A DNA stretch of 64,000 nt. Origin: Callorhinchus milii. Taxonomy: Eukaryota. A model generated the notes under the pieces. It was not told the origin of the DNA and ran no database searches. It was given only the letters and a program-made list of their open reading frames with translations. Where the stretch lies: NCBI RefSeq assembly GCF_018977255.1, contig NW_024704742.1, forward strand, positions 78,308,001 to 78,372,000, given 5' to 3'. Shown here piece after piece: positions 12,324 to 24,891 of the stretch. Position numbers and translations under genes: made by a program. Position 1 is the stretch's first letter, and each line of letters opens with the position of its first letter.

Positions 12324-13485
12324 GTTATTCAGCTGGTCAGCTCGATATTTGTGTACTGTACAGTTTCTATACTAAAAAATTCCAGGCTGCACATACACCA
12401 CCCAGGAGGTAAACCTCTCAATGACAGGACGACCTGGAAGTTAATGTTTTATTAGGCCAAATTCCAGGACATCAGATTTCTATTGACGTCCCTTCCTGTC
12501 CTCTGTATGAGACGGTGGGCATTTTAGTGCAACAGACAGCTGGTATGTGGGAAGCAAGCTTGTACACGTGAACAGTGAATGGGGTCCACACTGCAACCAT
12601 GTTGTAGGGTGGAATTTTCAATAAGGTGTTTATTACAGGTCCCTGTTTGAGAAACAGGTGCCTGAGAAACTCTTAATCGTCACTCTGAGCAGCATGCCAT
12701 GGGAACAATAAACAACACAGACCGGCCATGTGCTGCATGACAAATAATGGCAGCTCTCAAAAAGGTTATCAAGTTGTCACGCTTGAACATTATCTAGCAC
12801 TCTTACTGCCCATTAGTGCTATGCCCAACATTGGCAGCTCTCAATAAAGTAAGCAATAACACCATTTTGCTGGTATAAAATGACTCAGTTAAGATCATTA
12901 TTGTCTATCACAGGTCAATCACTAAATGTAGAAATTGTTTTTCCAATCTTTTTATTGCTGAATTTCCATTGCTAAAGAATGCAAAAGATCACTATTTTTT
13001 GGCGCTCGACATGTGTTGGACTATTTGTGTATAACTGAGGTAGACACTTATCTGAATGATTTTGAAATTCAAGAAGAAGGCTTTCCAATAAAAATCTAGG
13101 AGTTAAACTGAGAGCTAGCAAACAGATTACAAATGTAACATGGAATGTGCAGCTGTGATTGAAGTTTCTTTCAAAGCCATTTGTGTAATCTGTTTGTTTG
13201 TGGGGACTTTGAAGAACAATTTAACAAGAGATCAAAGTTGATAAACATCACCTGATTAGTTTCCACTGAGGAACCATGTACAAACATTGAAATACAGTTG
13301 CTCTCAACAAGCAGAAAAATTTAGAGGATATGCATCTAGGAACATGCCACATGAAGCTGGTTTGAAAACCTCATCTCCTGAAAACTAAGGGCGTTAATTC
13401 ACAAGATCACAAGTAGGTTCAGAAGAAAGAGAAGCAGAAAAGCAATGCCTCTTCATAATATTAATTACAATCCCTGAATTTGATA

Positions 13486-13857
13486 TAATAATCCTTGCAT
13501 TTGATATAGCACCTTATCATGTCATTCAGATGTCTCAAAGCGCTTCACAGGATTTTACTGCCAATTTTAGTGAATGACTGTAATTGAAGGTGATTGCAGC
13601 AGTCAATTTGCACAAAACAGTCCTGAAGTGAGTGACCAATTTTATTTGGGGGATCGCTGGGCAAGGAGAAACTCCCTTCAATTTTTAAATAGTACCATAG
13701 GATCTTTAATGGCCAACTGAACAGCCAGATTGACCTTGGTTGAACATTTGTGTTCCCTCAGCACTGTAATAGAGTGTCAAGTTTGATTATGTGGGAATTG
13801 AACTTACAACTTTTTGACTCAGAGGAGAGTGTGCTACCAACTGAGCCAGGCTGACAC
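13486..13857 (-). mobile_element. Old DeuSINE, near full length
   Basis: Head gtcagcctggctcagttggtagcac..ctctgagtca, central ttaaagatcc, L2-like tail. Confidence 0.8.
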
Positions 13858-14489
13858 TTTGACAATGTGCCTTATCAAGTTGTCATAATGTCTCAAAGTG
13901 CTTCACACAATTATACTGTAGAGTAGAGTGACTGTATTTGTAGGACATTGACATCTTTGAAATTGATCCAGGGTGAGAAGCTACAACTCTGAAGCTACAC
14001 CAGGTTCTTGAGACCTGAATATATCAATCTTACTGTGGATATTGAGCTGAAGAACAAATGACAAAATCAGAACCATTGAGGATTACTGTACCACCTGTGG
14101 GTACATTGTGTGAAAACAGCACTGCACTCCACAAGCGACTGAGATGACAGACAATACAGAAGGTTAAAGCTATTGCTTGCAGATGGTCTGGAAATACTTT
14201 GTCGGAAGTCTCCAATAGGGACGAGGAAACATGTGAATAACCTTGTGTTCACGCTGCTTAGCAAGTTAGCAATTATCAAATGTGGCAGATCTCATTTGTT
14301 CCGTTTCTGCTCATTTACACCCATTCATCGGAAATAATCACCATTTATCCGGTGATTACCTGCTTGCTGTTTTATCCCAGCATTGTTAAGGAATATATGT
14401 TTGTAAATCGGAAAGTCCTTATTTGTAATATTTCAGAATCCTAAATCCTGCTGCAGTTGTGCATTATGTAGGAGATATTGAAGCAGTAC

Positions 14490-14838
14490 CTCCAGTTTAA
14501 GCTGATACTCCAAATGAGTGCTGGGGGTGTGCTGCAATTTTGGCGCTGCCATGCTGCAGATGAACTGTTTAACCAAGGTCCCATCTGCCTGTGGAGATGG
14601 ACGTTAAAGATCCCATGCCATTGCTTGAAATGACAAGGAAGTTTTCCCAAGAGTTCTGGTCAACAATCCCCTAGACAAAATTGGTTATTTACTTCATGGC
14701 TGTTTGTGGGTCATTGCTGTAAGGAAATTGTCTGCCTTGTTTGCCTACAAATACACAGTCACTACATTTCACAGTAAATCCTGTCAAGAACTTTGAGACA
14801 CATCATAAGGTGCTATATCAAATGGAAGGGTTATTATA
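14490..14838 (+). mobile_element. Old DeuSINE
   Basis: gatggacgttaaagatcccatgcca..ctgtttgtggg..gtgctatatcaaatg. Confidence 0.8.
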
Positions 14839-15454
14839 GAAGGGGCTCAGGGCCCACATCAGGACTCTAAACTCACAATCTAGGCTTATTCTCAACACTC
14901 AAATGCATTGATGGAGGTGCTCTTTAGGGCAATTTTTGGTGGTGGCAGTGACAGGAATGTGGTAGAAGGGGCAAGTTGCCAAGCACTGGGCCGCTCTGCT
15001 TAGCGTAATATTAGATGACTTTTAATGCTGCTAAAGGGGAAGGTCTAAATTTCCTGTAAAAACACTTCAGTGTTGAGATGATCAAATTGGACCAACCTCA
15101 GTGCCTTGGGACATCCTCCCGACAAGAAAGGTGCAATATAAAAGCAATTTTGTTGTTGTGATGTAAACCTAATTAGATTGAAGATGACATTGGTTCTATG
15201 GAATATCCCTTAAAATCTGGACTTCTGTAGCCAGCAAGAATGAAGAGGACAATATTCAGCTGTAGCTAAAAAAACATTACTATTAAATTTTTGCTTGTAT
15301 CTTCATAAAAGAATATCTATGCTGAAGCTCCATGTAATCCTTGCTACTTAGCATGTGATAATACAGTAGAAATGGATTTTGTTTATTTTAAATATTCTAA
15401 TAATCTTATCCTTGAAATACAACATTTCATAGTCGATAAATAATAAAACTTGAT

Positions 15455-15630
15455 GTAGTGCATTTCATGTAAAGAATTCATCTGAACGATTTACTATAAA
15501 GTGGTGTGGCTTTGTATTTTGTGGGCAAATGTGGTAGCCAATTTGCACATAGCAATGTCGCATAAACAGGCGTGAAGTGAATGACCAATTTTATTTAGGG
15601 GATTGTTGGGCAGGACAATGGGGGAAACTT
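15455..15630 (-). mobile_element. Old DeuSINE 3' fragment
   Basis: gccaatttgcac..gcaatgtc..aatgaccaattttattt..gattgttgggcaggac. Confidence 0.65.
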
Positions 15631-16227
15631 CATTTTCAGGATTAGATTTAGCTGCACTCACTTCACAGGATATACCAGAAAGTGTAGCGACTGTGTATTT
15701 TGCAGGTGAATAGTTGCTCTATTGGCTTCTATACGGATGGAGCCACATAACGTGGCATAAACTGGGGATTGGTCAGGGGGATGAGTATGGAAGGGAGTGT
15801 GTATTGACATCTGCACCGCCTCATTACTCATCTTCCAAAATAAGTATTTCAAAGTCAAATTCTTTGTCAATACAGAAGCAAAACCACCCAGACTTCAGCC
15901 ATGGATGTTTCACCATTAATAAACCATTCGAAATTGAGAGTCTGAATCCACAGTCAATTTTATTAATGATTTTAATTTTATTACTTTCTGGTGAACTTGC
16001 TTGTTGCTAACAGCTTCAAGTCAAAAAGGTTTTAGAAAAATCCTATATATCCTCTTGCTCTCCTGTGAACAAGCCCATAGGAAGTGATTGGATTTGAGGG
16101 AAAGAATCAAAAGCTCCTGTTGTTAGATCACAGTCAGAGTCAGATCATCCCTTTCTCTATTTGTTGGCAGGTTACAAGCCTTCAAAACAAGCTAGGATTC
16201 GGAGGATGTTATATATAATATGAAACT

Positions 16228-16340
16228 TCACCCACAAAATACACAGTCAATTCACTTTACAGCATATTATGTGGAGTGTTTTGAGACATCTTGAAGATGT
16301 GATAAAAGTGCTATATCAAATGCAAGGATTATTATTATTA
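16228..16340 (+). mobile_element. SINE 3' tail fragment
   Basis: cccacaaaatacacagtcaattcactttacag..aaatgcaagg(att)n. Confidence 0.85.
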
Positions 16341-16427
16341 TAAAATGAAGCTAAGCTGATTTACAAAGTCCCTAGAAAGAAGAGCTGCCATTTTAGCCTT
16401 ACAATAGGATTTCCCATCAATCAATGG

Positions 16428-16592
16428 ACAACAACAACAAACTACATTTGTACAGTGCCTTTCACATAAGGAGGACATCCCAAGGCCCTGCACAGTCATG
16501 TGGAATTTGACCCCATGTCTACGGATGATGTCACCAAGAGGAAGCATATAAATGTTGAAGGTGGGGGGGACCAAGGGCAGAGCCCTGAGGAA
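16428..16592 (-). mobile_element. Internally deleted L2 (RT segment fused to 3' tail)
   Basis: Peptide [21 protein letters not shown] joined directly to the tail stem-loop and (GTT)n. Confidence 0.8.
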
Positions 16593-16734
16593 AATGAAAT
16601 GAAATGGAAATTACAGAAATTTGACTACATGATCTCATTCTTCCACAATACCCACCCTACAACATCTTATTACAGCATCAAGCTCTTTCTGGGTCCAATG
16701 TCCTGGCCTCAACCATCCTTTCAGAAGAGTTATA

Positions 16735-17120
16735 ACAACAACTAAAACAATGTGCATTTATATACCTCCCTTCAAATTGGGTAGCGTCTTGCAGTGTCAG
16801 GGAGAAGGGGTAGGTGAATGTAGACACAGTCCAAGAAGAAGGTCTTCTGGTGCAATCTGAAGATTGGCAAGAAGGAAGATGGGAAAAGAAGGAGGGATTG
16901 AGGCAGAGTGTTCCATAGTTTTGGGGCATAGTGGCTGAACATACGGCAGCCATGTTTGATAGGAAGGGCGAGAAGGAAGTGACAGAGGCCGGAATCAGCT
17001 GAGCAAAGGGGGCAAAGGGGGAAAGTAGAGGAGTGGGGTGTAAGCAGGTCAGAAAGTGTGAGGATTTTAAAATTGATCTGTTTTCCAATAGGCAGCCAGT
17101 GGGGTGGCCAGGTGAGATAC
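16735..17120 (-). mobile_element. Old L2 LINE 3' fragment
   Basis: HWLP/IDFKIL/LWN-like degenerate sequence and an aac-rich tail. Confidence 0.65.
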
Positions 17121-17384
17121 TCATCTGATCACAGTCACCTCACAGAGAGGAAGGAGTCTTACCTGTTGTAGAGGAGAATATCTGGCACCCAAACCTGATG
17201 TGAAGGGAAACGCAGAGTTCGAACACCAGGGTTCTCAGCAAGGTTCCAAGACAGGTAGTAGTCTGTCCAATACTGTTTGGGGGCGAAGAAATTCTACAGT
17301 TAATTTATACGAAAATTAAAGAGACTATCCATGAGTTTGAGAATGAACATCAGACAGCACGAGAACAAGAAGCTATCTAATGAT

Positions 17385-17860
17385 AAATCTTGCATTTGAA
17401 ATAGCGCATTTTGTGTCAGGAGAGACACTGAAAAGCACTTCACAGGATGTACTGTATTTGACTATTGTACGAATTTGTATATTGACTGTATTTGAAGGCA
17501 AACGCAGCAGGTGTAATATCCCCCAAACAGCCATGAAACAAATGACCAATTTTATCAGGGGGATATGTTTGACCTGAGACACAGAGAGAAACGCCTTTCC
17601 TTTTTTGAATATTGCCATGGGAAAGGCGCTATACATATGTCATTTTGTTGTTGTTGTTTAGTGTCCACCTGGAAAGGCAGGTATCCAAGACCTCAATTTA
17701 ATGCATCAGTGAAAGAATGATACTTCCAACAATCAAGTGCACCCCCCAAACAGTATTGGAGTGTCAGTCTAGACTGTGTGAGTTCAAAGTCCTGACATGG
17801 AGCTTGAAACCACTTCAGGCACAGTGGTGAGCATACTTTCAACTAAACCAAGCTGACACC
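17385..17860 (-). mobile_element. Old DeuSINE with a short opposite-strand L2 tail at about 17620-17658
   Basis: Tail, body and head motifs; internal gaaaggcgctatac..(gtt)n. Confidence 0.65.
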
Positions 17861-18118
17861 CAAAATAATGGTATAGTCGATTAGCTTTCATTTTAGGAAT
17901 AAACATAAAATTCTTACCATTTGCAACCAAACATTTGTCATCAACATTTGATTTTTTTCATCCTGAAAAAAATGAAAAATCATTATTCACAATCGATAAA
18001 TAATATTATGCAATAGAGACAAACGGGTGGGGCGGGGGAACTCCCAACCTTCATAAACGTGCATTGCTTTTTAAACTGTCCAAAGGTGAAGCATTTTGCA
18101 TTGATCGTTCAACTTCTA

Positions 18119-18472
18119 TCTTCTATCTATCATATATGCATATATACTAGTAAAACGACAATGTCTGTCTGCGCTTCAGAAAGGATCCCGAATGACATGG
18201 AGTCATGATTGATACCTCATCGGAAAGGTCGTGAAACTGGGAGTGACAAGGGCATATTTGTTTTCGGGCATGTCCTATCTTTCATGAGTTATTTTCAGTT
18301 TTGCATTTTTCACTTCAGTTACACCTGGTGGCCGCGCCGGCTAACCGTGGTGCTGCACAGACGAAGCTAAGCCGTGGCAACAACTACAACAACAACAGAA
18401 TTAAATTTTTGAAGTGCCGACTCCCCCCACTGAGTTGTCCCAAATGGAGTCCTCCTTTAGAGGTCCTCCCAG

Positions 18473-18516
<44 letters not shown>

Positions 18517-18678
18517 CCTTGCATTTGATTTAGCACTTTTCAGGTTTTCTAGACTCTTAAAGCGCTTCACAGAATATACTGTAAAGTATACATAAAGATG
18601 AAATGTCTGTCTGTGTGTCAATCTACATTCCATATTGGATCTTTTGGTTGCAAGCAAAACTGCAACCGGTACAACTAG
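18119..18678 (+). mobile_element. Putative non-autonomous Helitron (possibly two joined pieces)
   Basis: A|TC-type 5' end with aatgtctgtctg; 3' hairpin ggttgca-N8-tgcaacc (18646-18667) then CTAG|T (18675-18679). Confidence 0.55.
18473..18588 (-). mobile_element. SINE 3' tail with long (AAT)n
   Basis: About 14 AAT units then ccttgcatttg..aagcgcttcacagaatatactgtaaagt. Confidence 0.9.
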
Positions 18679-19201
18679 TAATATTTAAATAAAAATGGAG
18701 TGACACAAATACCCTGAGATGTATGACCTTTATTGTTCTAGTGCTGTGGATGTCTAATGAGTGTTAATTTCTCATTTAGTATTTTGCAACAAAAGCCCAA
18801 AGCAACTTGCTCAAAAACTTGCAATGCTTTCATGTTCTGTCTTGCTCCTTCTTTGCCCGCCTCCATTTCGCACTTGAAGACTTTCCTCTGTGACTGTGCC
18901 TACAGTCTCTTCCCCTGTCTCCCCAGCTCAGCATCAAACTCCATCATAGATGCTATGTAAATGCAAATTGATGTTGCAGCTTCTTATTTTTCAGATTATT
19001 TTCTGTATGTACGATTTGCAATTTCATTCTTTTTTCAGTCAGTTCAGCCGTGAACTTCCTCATCATTTCACTTAAGGCCTGGCTACACCTCTTTGTGACT
19101 TCAATACGATATCCATCATAGATTTGAAGATAGAATATGTCTCTATGTTTTCAGTTATTCTTCCTTTTTCACAAATATTCTTCAAACTCCTTTTCTGTTA
19201 A

Positions 19202-19592
19202 TAATATTCCTTGCATTCAATACAGCGCCGTATCTCATCGTTGAGACGTCTTCACAGGATATACTGTAAGATGATGTAACTATATTTATTTTGTGGTGAA
19301 TCAATTTAAGCACAGCCTACAAATGTCTCACAAACAGCCATAAAGTGAATGACTAATTTTATTTTTTGGGTGGGAGGGTGGGATTTTTAGCCAGGACACT
19401 AGGAAAAATTCCCTTTTCTTTTTGAATAGTGTCTTGGGATCTTTAACATTCATCTGAATAGCAAGCAGAATCTTAATTTAACATCTCATGTGAAGGCGGC
19501 AATGCAGCACTGGAGTGTCAGTGTAAACAATGTGGGTTACAATTCTCAATGTGGGGCTTGAAATCACAACATTCTGACTCAGTGTTGAGAGT
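19202..19592 (-). mobile_element. Old DeuSINE
   Basis: Tail, gggatctttaac core, head gggcttgaa..ttctgactcag. Confidence 0.75.
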
Positions 19593-19921
19593 ATCGCTTG
19601 TTCTAAAGCTTCATCACTTTATCAAGACATCTCAAAGCACCTCAGAGGTTTTATTGTGATGTATATTGACTTTATTTATTTTGACTGTATCTATAGGCAA
19701 ATGCAATTGAGCTGGATTGGTAACGTTGTTCTGTCAATCTATGGATTTATATACGCATTGCAGTTTCTGATTTTGATACAGGTGCTCTCTTCTCCCCTCT
19801 CCAGGCCTTCCAGTGTCATATATCATCAGTCACGAGAGGCTTATTATAATACTTTTGCCAAAGTTGATTTTAAAAGCAGTTCTAGGACTTTGCAAGAGAA
19901 GCCTTTGCCTCACAATATATT

Positions 19922-20342
19922 ATAATCCTTGCACATGATATAGAGCTTCATCACTTCGTCAAGACATCTCAAGGCAGTTCAGAGGATTTTACTGTGGTGT
20001 GTATTGACTTTATTTTGATTGTACTTACAGGCAAATGCAGCAACTTGTTTGAGTACAGCAATATTCTGCAAACAGCCATGGAAATTATCTATTTTATATG
20101 GGGGATTATTGGCCAGGACACTGGGAGAAACTCCTTTCTCTTTTTGAATAGTGCCATGAGTTCTTTAACGTCCACCTGAACAGGCTGACAGGACTTCAAT
20201 TTGATGTCTCATCCAAAGAATGCACCTTCAGGACTGCACTAGAATGTCAGCCTAGAATGTGAGCTCAAAGTTTCCACATGGGGCTTGAACCCACAACCTC
20301 TGACTCAGAGGCGAGAATGCTACTAAGTGAGTCAGACTGACA
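19922..20342 (-). mobile_element. Old DeuSINE, full length
   Basis: Head gggcttgaacccacaacctctgactcagaggcgagaatgctac; core ctttaacgtccacctgaacag. Confidence 0.85.
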
Positions 20343-21053
20343 GAAGAAAGGTATGGATTATATCATACTTCTGGAATACCAACTCTACCGGGTTCCCATT
20401 ATAGTACCATGCTGTTCCTAAAGTAGCTCAGTGTCCTGCTGGCCTTTACTACCTATTACCCTTTGGAGCTGCTTTTTGGTTTCTATATGAAAAAATATCC
20501 TCTTGTGTCTGTTCTGGAATTATCCTCCATAACTCTGAATATATGCTTTCTTATTCTGCTGCTTGGTTTATCTAGAAATTAAATCCTGGGTTTACTTTCT
20601 CTATCCCTTTAAGTGCTTTGAGACTATCCCACATGAAGTATTCTCTATAAATGCAAGTTGTTGCTCTTGTACCATTTTATATACTCTGTATTATCTCCTC
20701 TAAAATGTCTTTTTTGAGCAGATTATCCCTCTCTCTAACTCCCTGTGTCTCCACCTGGTGCCTCCCTATGCCAGCATGTCTAGGATTAGAAACGCAGCAT
20801 GTGTGATTGCGAGTGAGACGCAGAGCAAATTTCTCTTGCAGAAACGTGTTCTGCTGTGAATTATCACCAGTTGAGCTTGTTAAACAGCTGAGGAGGCTTG
20901 AAAGCTCATGAAGGAATGTGGCAACTGAATGAAAGGCATCACGCTTAATTTAACAGATTGAACAAATACGATGGCATTGACAGTATCCATAGGTGCATGC
21001 AAACTGACATCCTTGCTAATTGCGGGTGAGATTTATAAATGAATTGTGACATT

Positions 21054-22080
21054 ACAACAACAACAACAACAAGATTCCATTTATAAAGCGCCTTTCACGT
21101 CAGGAGGACGTCCCAAGGCGCTGCACAGTTGGGTCATGACCCGAGCAGGGGGGAAATGGTCAGGGTGAGGGGAGGGAAGGGAGGGAGCAAAGAGGGGGGA
21201 AATGGTCAGGGTGAGGGAAGGGAGGGAGCAAGGAGGGGGAAATGGTCAGGGTGAGGGGAGGGAAGGGAGGGAGCGAGGAGGGGGAAGAGAGTCGAGAGGG
21301 GAGCTGAAGGCACGGTCAAAGAGAAAGGTTTTGAGACCGGCCTTGAAGGAGGAAAGGGAGGAAGCGGCGAAGGCACTGGGGGATAGAGTTCCAGAGCCTG
21401 GGGGCTCAGAGGCTGAAGGCCCGACCACCGATGGTAGGGCGGTTGGGGCGGGGGACGTGGAGCAGACCAGAGCCAGAGGAACGGAGGGTACGGGCAGGTA
21501 GGTAGGGGGATAGTAGGTTGGAGAGGTAGGAGGGAGCAAGGCCGTGAATGGCCTTGTAGGTGAGGATGAGGATCTTGAAATCAATCCTCTGGGGGATGGG
21601 GAGCCAGTGGAGGCGAGCGAGGGTGGGAGTGATGTGGTCGCGAAGCCTGGTGCGGGACAGTACACGAGCTGCAGAGTTCTGAATGACCTGCAGCTTGTGG
21701 AGGGAGGTGCCGGGAAGGCCGGCGAGGAGAGAGTTCCCATAGTCCAGCCTTGAGGTGACAAAGGCGTGAACCAGGGTTTCAGCAGCGTGAGGGGTGAGGT
21801 AGTGCCGTAGTCTGGCGATGTTCCGGAGGTGATGGAAGGCGGTGCCAGTTGTAGTGCGGATGTGAGGGAGAAAGGACAGCTCAGGTCGAACAAAACGCCG
21901 AGGTTCCTGACTGGCTTTGAGAGGTGGAGAGTGCAGCCTTGGATGCTGATGGTGTCAGCGCCTGAGGTGCGGAGGCGCTGACGTGAGCCAATCAGGAGGG
22001 CCTCAGTTTTTCGCACGTTGAGCTGAAGAAAGTTGTCTCTCGTCCAGGACTCGATGTCGGACAGGCAGGCTGTCAGGACA
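21054..22080 (-). mobile_element. Young L2 LINE, 5'-truncated, with TSD
   Basis: Peptide [33 protein letters not shown] gacattac at 21048-21055 and 22077-22084; (GTT)n tail. Confidence 0.97.
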
Positions 22081-22400
22081 TTACGTGTGATAAGACGAAT
22101 AGATGCAAAATGAGCTGGCTTCACACCAGCTCCTTCCAATGTTTTACCAGTTAACGCAATGTGAATGAAGTTGGCTGCTGAGGAACTGATGTGTGATGAA
22201 CTTCTGCCCTTCGCTTTCCAGCCAAACGGCATCCTGCAGGCTATGAAGGAAGATGTGGAGGTTTGATGCATTTGCCATTTGTGTTAGTGTAGGTGTTAAT
22301 CTTACTTCTGGGATTCTGGGTTCAAGCTCTATGTCAGAGCAAGCTCACTGTCTAGGCTGATGGTTAAGTGCAGTGCTGGGGGAATGCTGCATAATCTAAG

Positions 22401-22690
22401 ACCGGGTGTCCAAAGTTTGGCTGCCGATGGCCTAATGCCCTATTTGAGAAACATACGTGGGACGCGTAAGCTGCGTCTTCCCAAACACCGGTTCCTGCCA
22501 CTGTCTTGAGAGGACGGTTTGTCGGGAAGGGAGGGAGTGTGCCGCCCAAAGTTGGAAATGGTCTTGTGCCAGATGAAATTATCCGCTGGGCTAGTTGTGG
22601 CCCGCTCCCAGCCAGTTGGATGGGATGCCTAAGGGATGCCGTTTTTCGTGAGACATTTAACTGAGATTCTAACTGCCTATTGGGTGCCAG
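22401..22690. mobile_element. Possible hAT/Charlie-like non-autonomous DNA transposon fragment next to a DeuSINE head (about 22300-22395)
   Basis: Begins ccgggtgtccaaagtttggc (resembles CAGGGGTGTCCAAA TIRs); CpG-rich; second TIR not found. Confidence 0.35.
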
Positions 22691-23305
22691 ACAAATTTTT
22701 TTTTTATAAAATCGTGGTTCCAAATCCTTCCCCTTTGACTTTGACATCAAGCTCATGTCTGTTTTTTCTGTGCTTCCATCTGTTTTTGATCGCTGTGTTT
22801 CAGTGCAGCTCCCTGGGATGCTGGTTTGACTATAGCATGACGAAGCTCTTAAGCGCTCAATCCAAGGTCAGAAACAAGAATCATGGCCGCTAACTCAGAA
22901 TCTGAGGTGGCAACATAAAATTTGGGATCCAAGTTCAGATGCAATTATGCAACACAAATTTACATTTATTCAGTGCTTTTCACGTTGGTAATAATCCTGG
23001 CTTGGCCCCTGAGCTGGGGGTGGGCAGGTGGGGCATCGGGGGGAGCTGAGGGATATGGGGAGGGGAAAGAGCGAAAGAGTCAAAAATCACAATATGTTAG
23101 GGAAGAGTCCGGGAGAGAAGAATTGATAGAAAAATCTGATGATTCAGAACAGATGTGAATTGGATAATTATGGAATTTGTTTTGGTACCTGTTTATAGAA
23201 TCTCATTTTTTTTATATATCCCCCAAAGACTCTGGCAGTGTCCAGGCCATGAACTAGATACAATGCATTACCAGTGTATGAGAAAGCCACTAAACAAAAG
23301 GGCAA

Positions 23306-23617
23306 AATAATAATAATAATAATCCTTGCATTTGTATAGCGTTTTTTCACATCTTCTAGATGTCTCAAAGCACTTCACAGAATAGACTGTAAAGTGAATT
23401 GACTGCATTTTGTGGGCGAAATGCGGCAGCCAATTGCGCACAGCGATGTCCCACAAACAGTCGTGGATTGAAATGCCAATTTATTATTGTTTTTTTTGAG
23501 GGATTATTATCAGGAGTGGAGTAAGGAAGCTTGCCCAAAGTTTCACCCTGCCAGGAATCGAACCCAGGTCTTTCGCTTGCGAGGCGAGTGCTCTAACCAC
23601 TGATCTACAGGACTCCA
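23306..23617 (-). mobile_element. Young tRNA-Ala-derived SINE, short form
   Basis: Complete head, body and (ATT)n tail. Confidence 0.95.
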
Positions 23618-24891
23618 ATAATCTCTTGTTGCTATAATAAAAAGGTAGAATTCCACTGGATCTTCTTACACAACATTTAATCCATCATTAGATTAAGGAG
23701 CTGGTCTGCTTCACTATAATCCTTCACAAGTCACAGTTCATCTTCAGAAAAGCAGTGATTCGATTACAGAAGTGAGCTTTTGCCATGTTACAATGAACTT
23801 CTTACAGCAATGCCTGCGCTTATTTTTTATTTTGCAAAAGGCTGCATTGTACTTATAATGATTTATAATTTTATTGTTCAAACTCTCTTCTAGCTTCTGC
23901 TAAATCGATCAGGTTGTTCAAAGCTTAAGTGTTTGGTGTCATATTGTCGACCGTTCCCATTTTTTCCTACCCCACTCCTCCCCTCGCATCCTTCACTCAC
24001 CCTCCATCCTAACTCGAGCTTGCTGCACATTCCCTACCCTCTCTGCCCCTCCAAGGTGGCTGATTTTCCGTTACTAGTGGCTGGAGCTCCCTCCTTCTAC
24101 CACCATGTCTCCTCCCCTCTCTTTCTGACTTTATGTCTCACCTCAAACCCTATCTCTTGGATCGTGCCTATGGCCACCTCCCTCTGCCCGACTCCCTTGC
24201 TTGGTATCCATCAATGTCCCTGTAAAGTGCTCCAAGCCATTATCCTATGTGAGGGGTACCATATAAATACATATTGTTCTTGTTGTCATCAATGCTTCTA
24301 AATTGAGGAAAGGTTTGGCTTACATCCCAATTGCCATGTAGGCTGTGATGTGTGATATTTGAGTCACCTTGGTGCTGGGCCAAATTACAATTATTCACTA
24401 AATAACTTCCTCTCGACATAATGTTCATCTTTTCCTGAAGCTTCAATTCCATCTCAAGAATTACACAGCAAAGCTACTCCTGTGCTTCACAATTACTCCT
24501 TAAAATACAATTACTCGCTGCTTCAACCAACTTCCTGCTGAGTGTTAATCTTACTAATACATGTGGCATCTGATACTTAGCCATTTGTATTTGTTTCTGA
24601 CTGGGAATAGCAGTGCCAAATAATTTTATCCAATAAAGTCTTATGTCTCTAAAAAGCAATAATGACCCTGAATTGCAAATTGCAACTCCTAATGGTTACC
24701 AGAAGTGTGTTGTGCCAACACACAGGAACTCCACCAAGCCACAGTCTACTTCTGGAACAGGGTTTGCAGTGACACAAAAATAAGTACCAGGAGTTTTTAT
24801 TTGCCATTCTGAGTCTTTAGATTAAGAAACATGGCATTTGCTCATATCGGCTCCTGGTCAACATACTCTAGATTAGCATCCTTATCCATAA

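Noticed and set aside
18321..18338. CTCF-like motif (reverse strand ggccaccaggtg)
   Set aside because: Lacks the following GGC of the core and lies within a putative transposon
21246..22271. Longest ORF (341 aa)
   Set aside because: Mostly an off-frame read of a C-rich L2 plus flank; not a host gene
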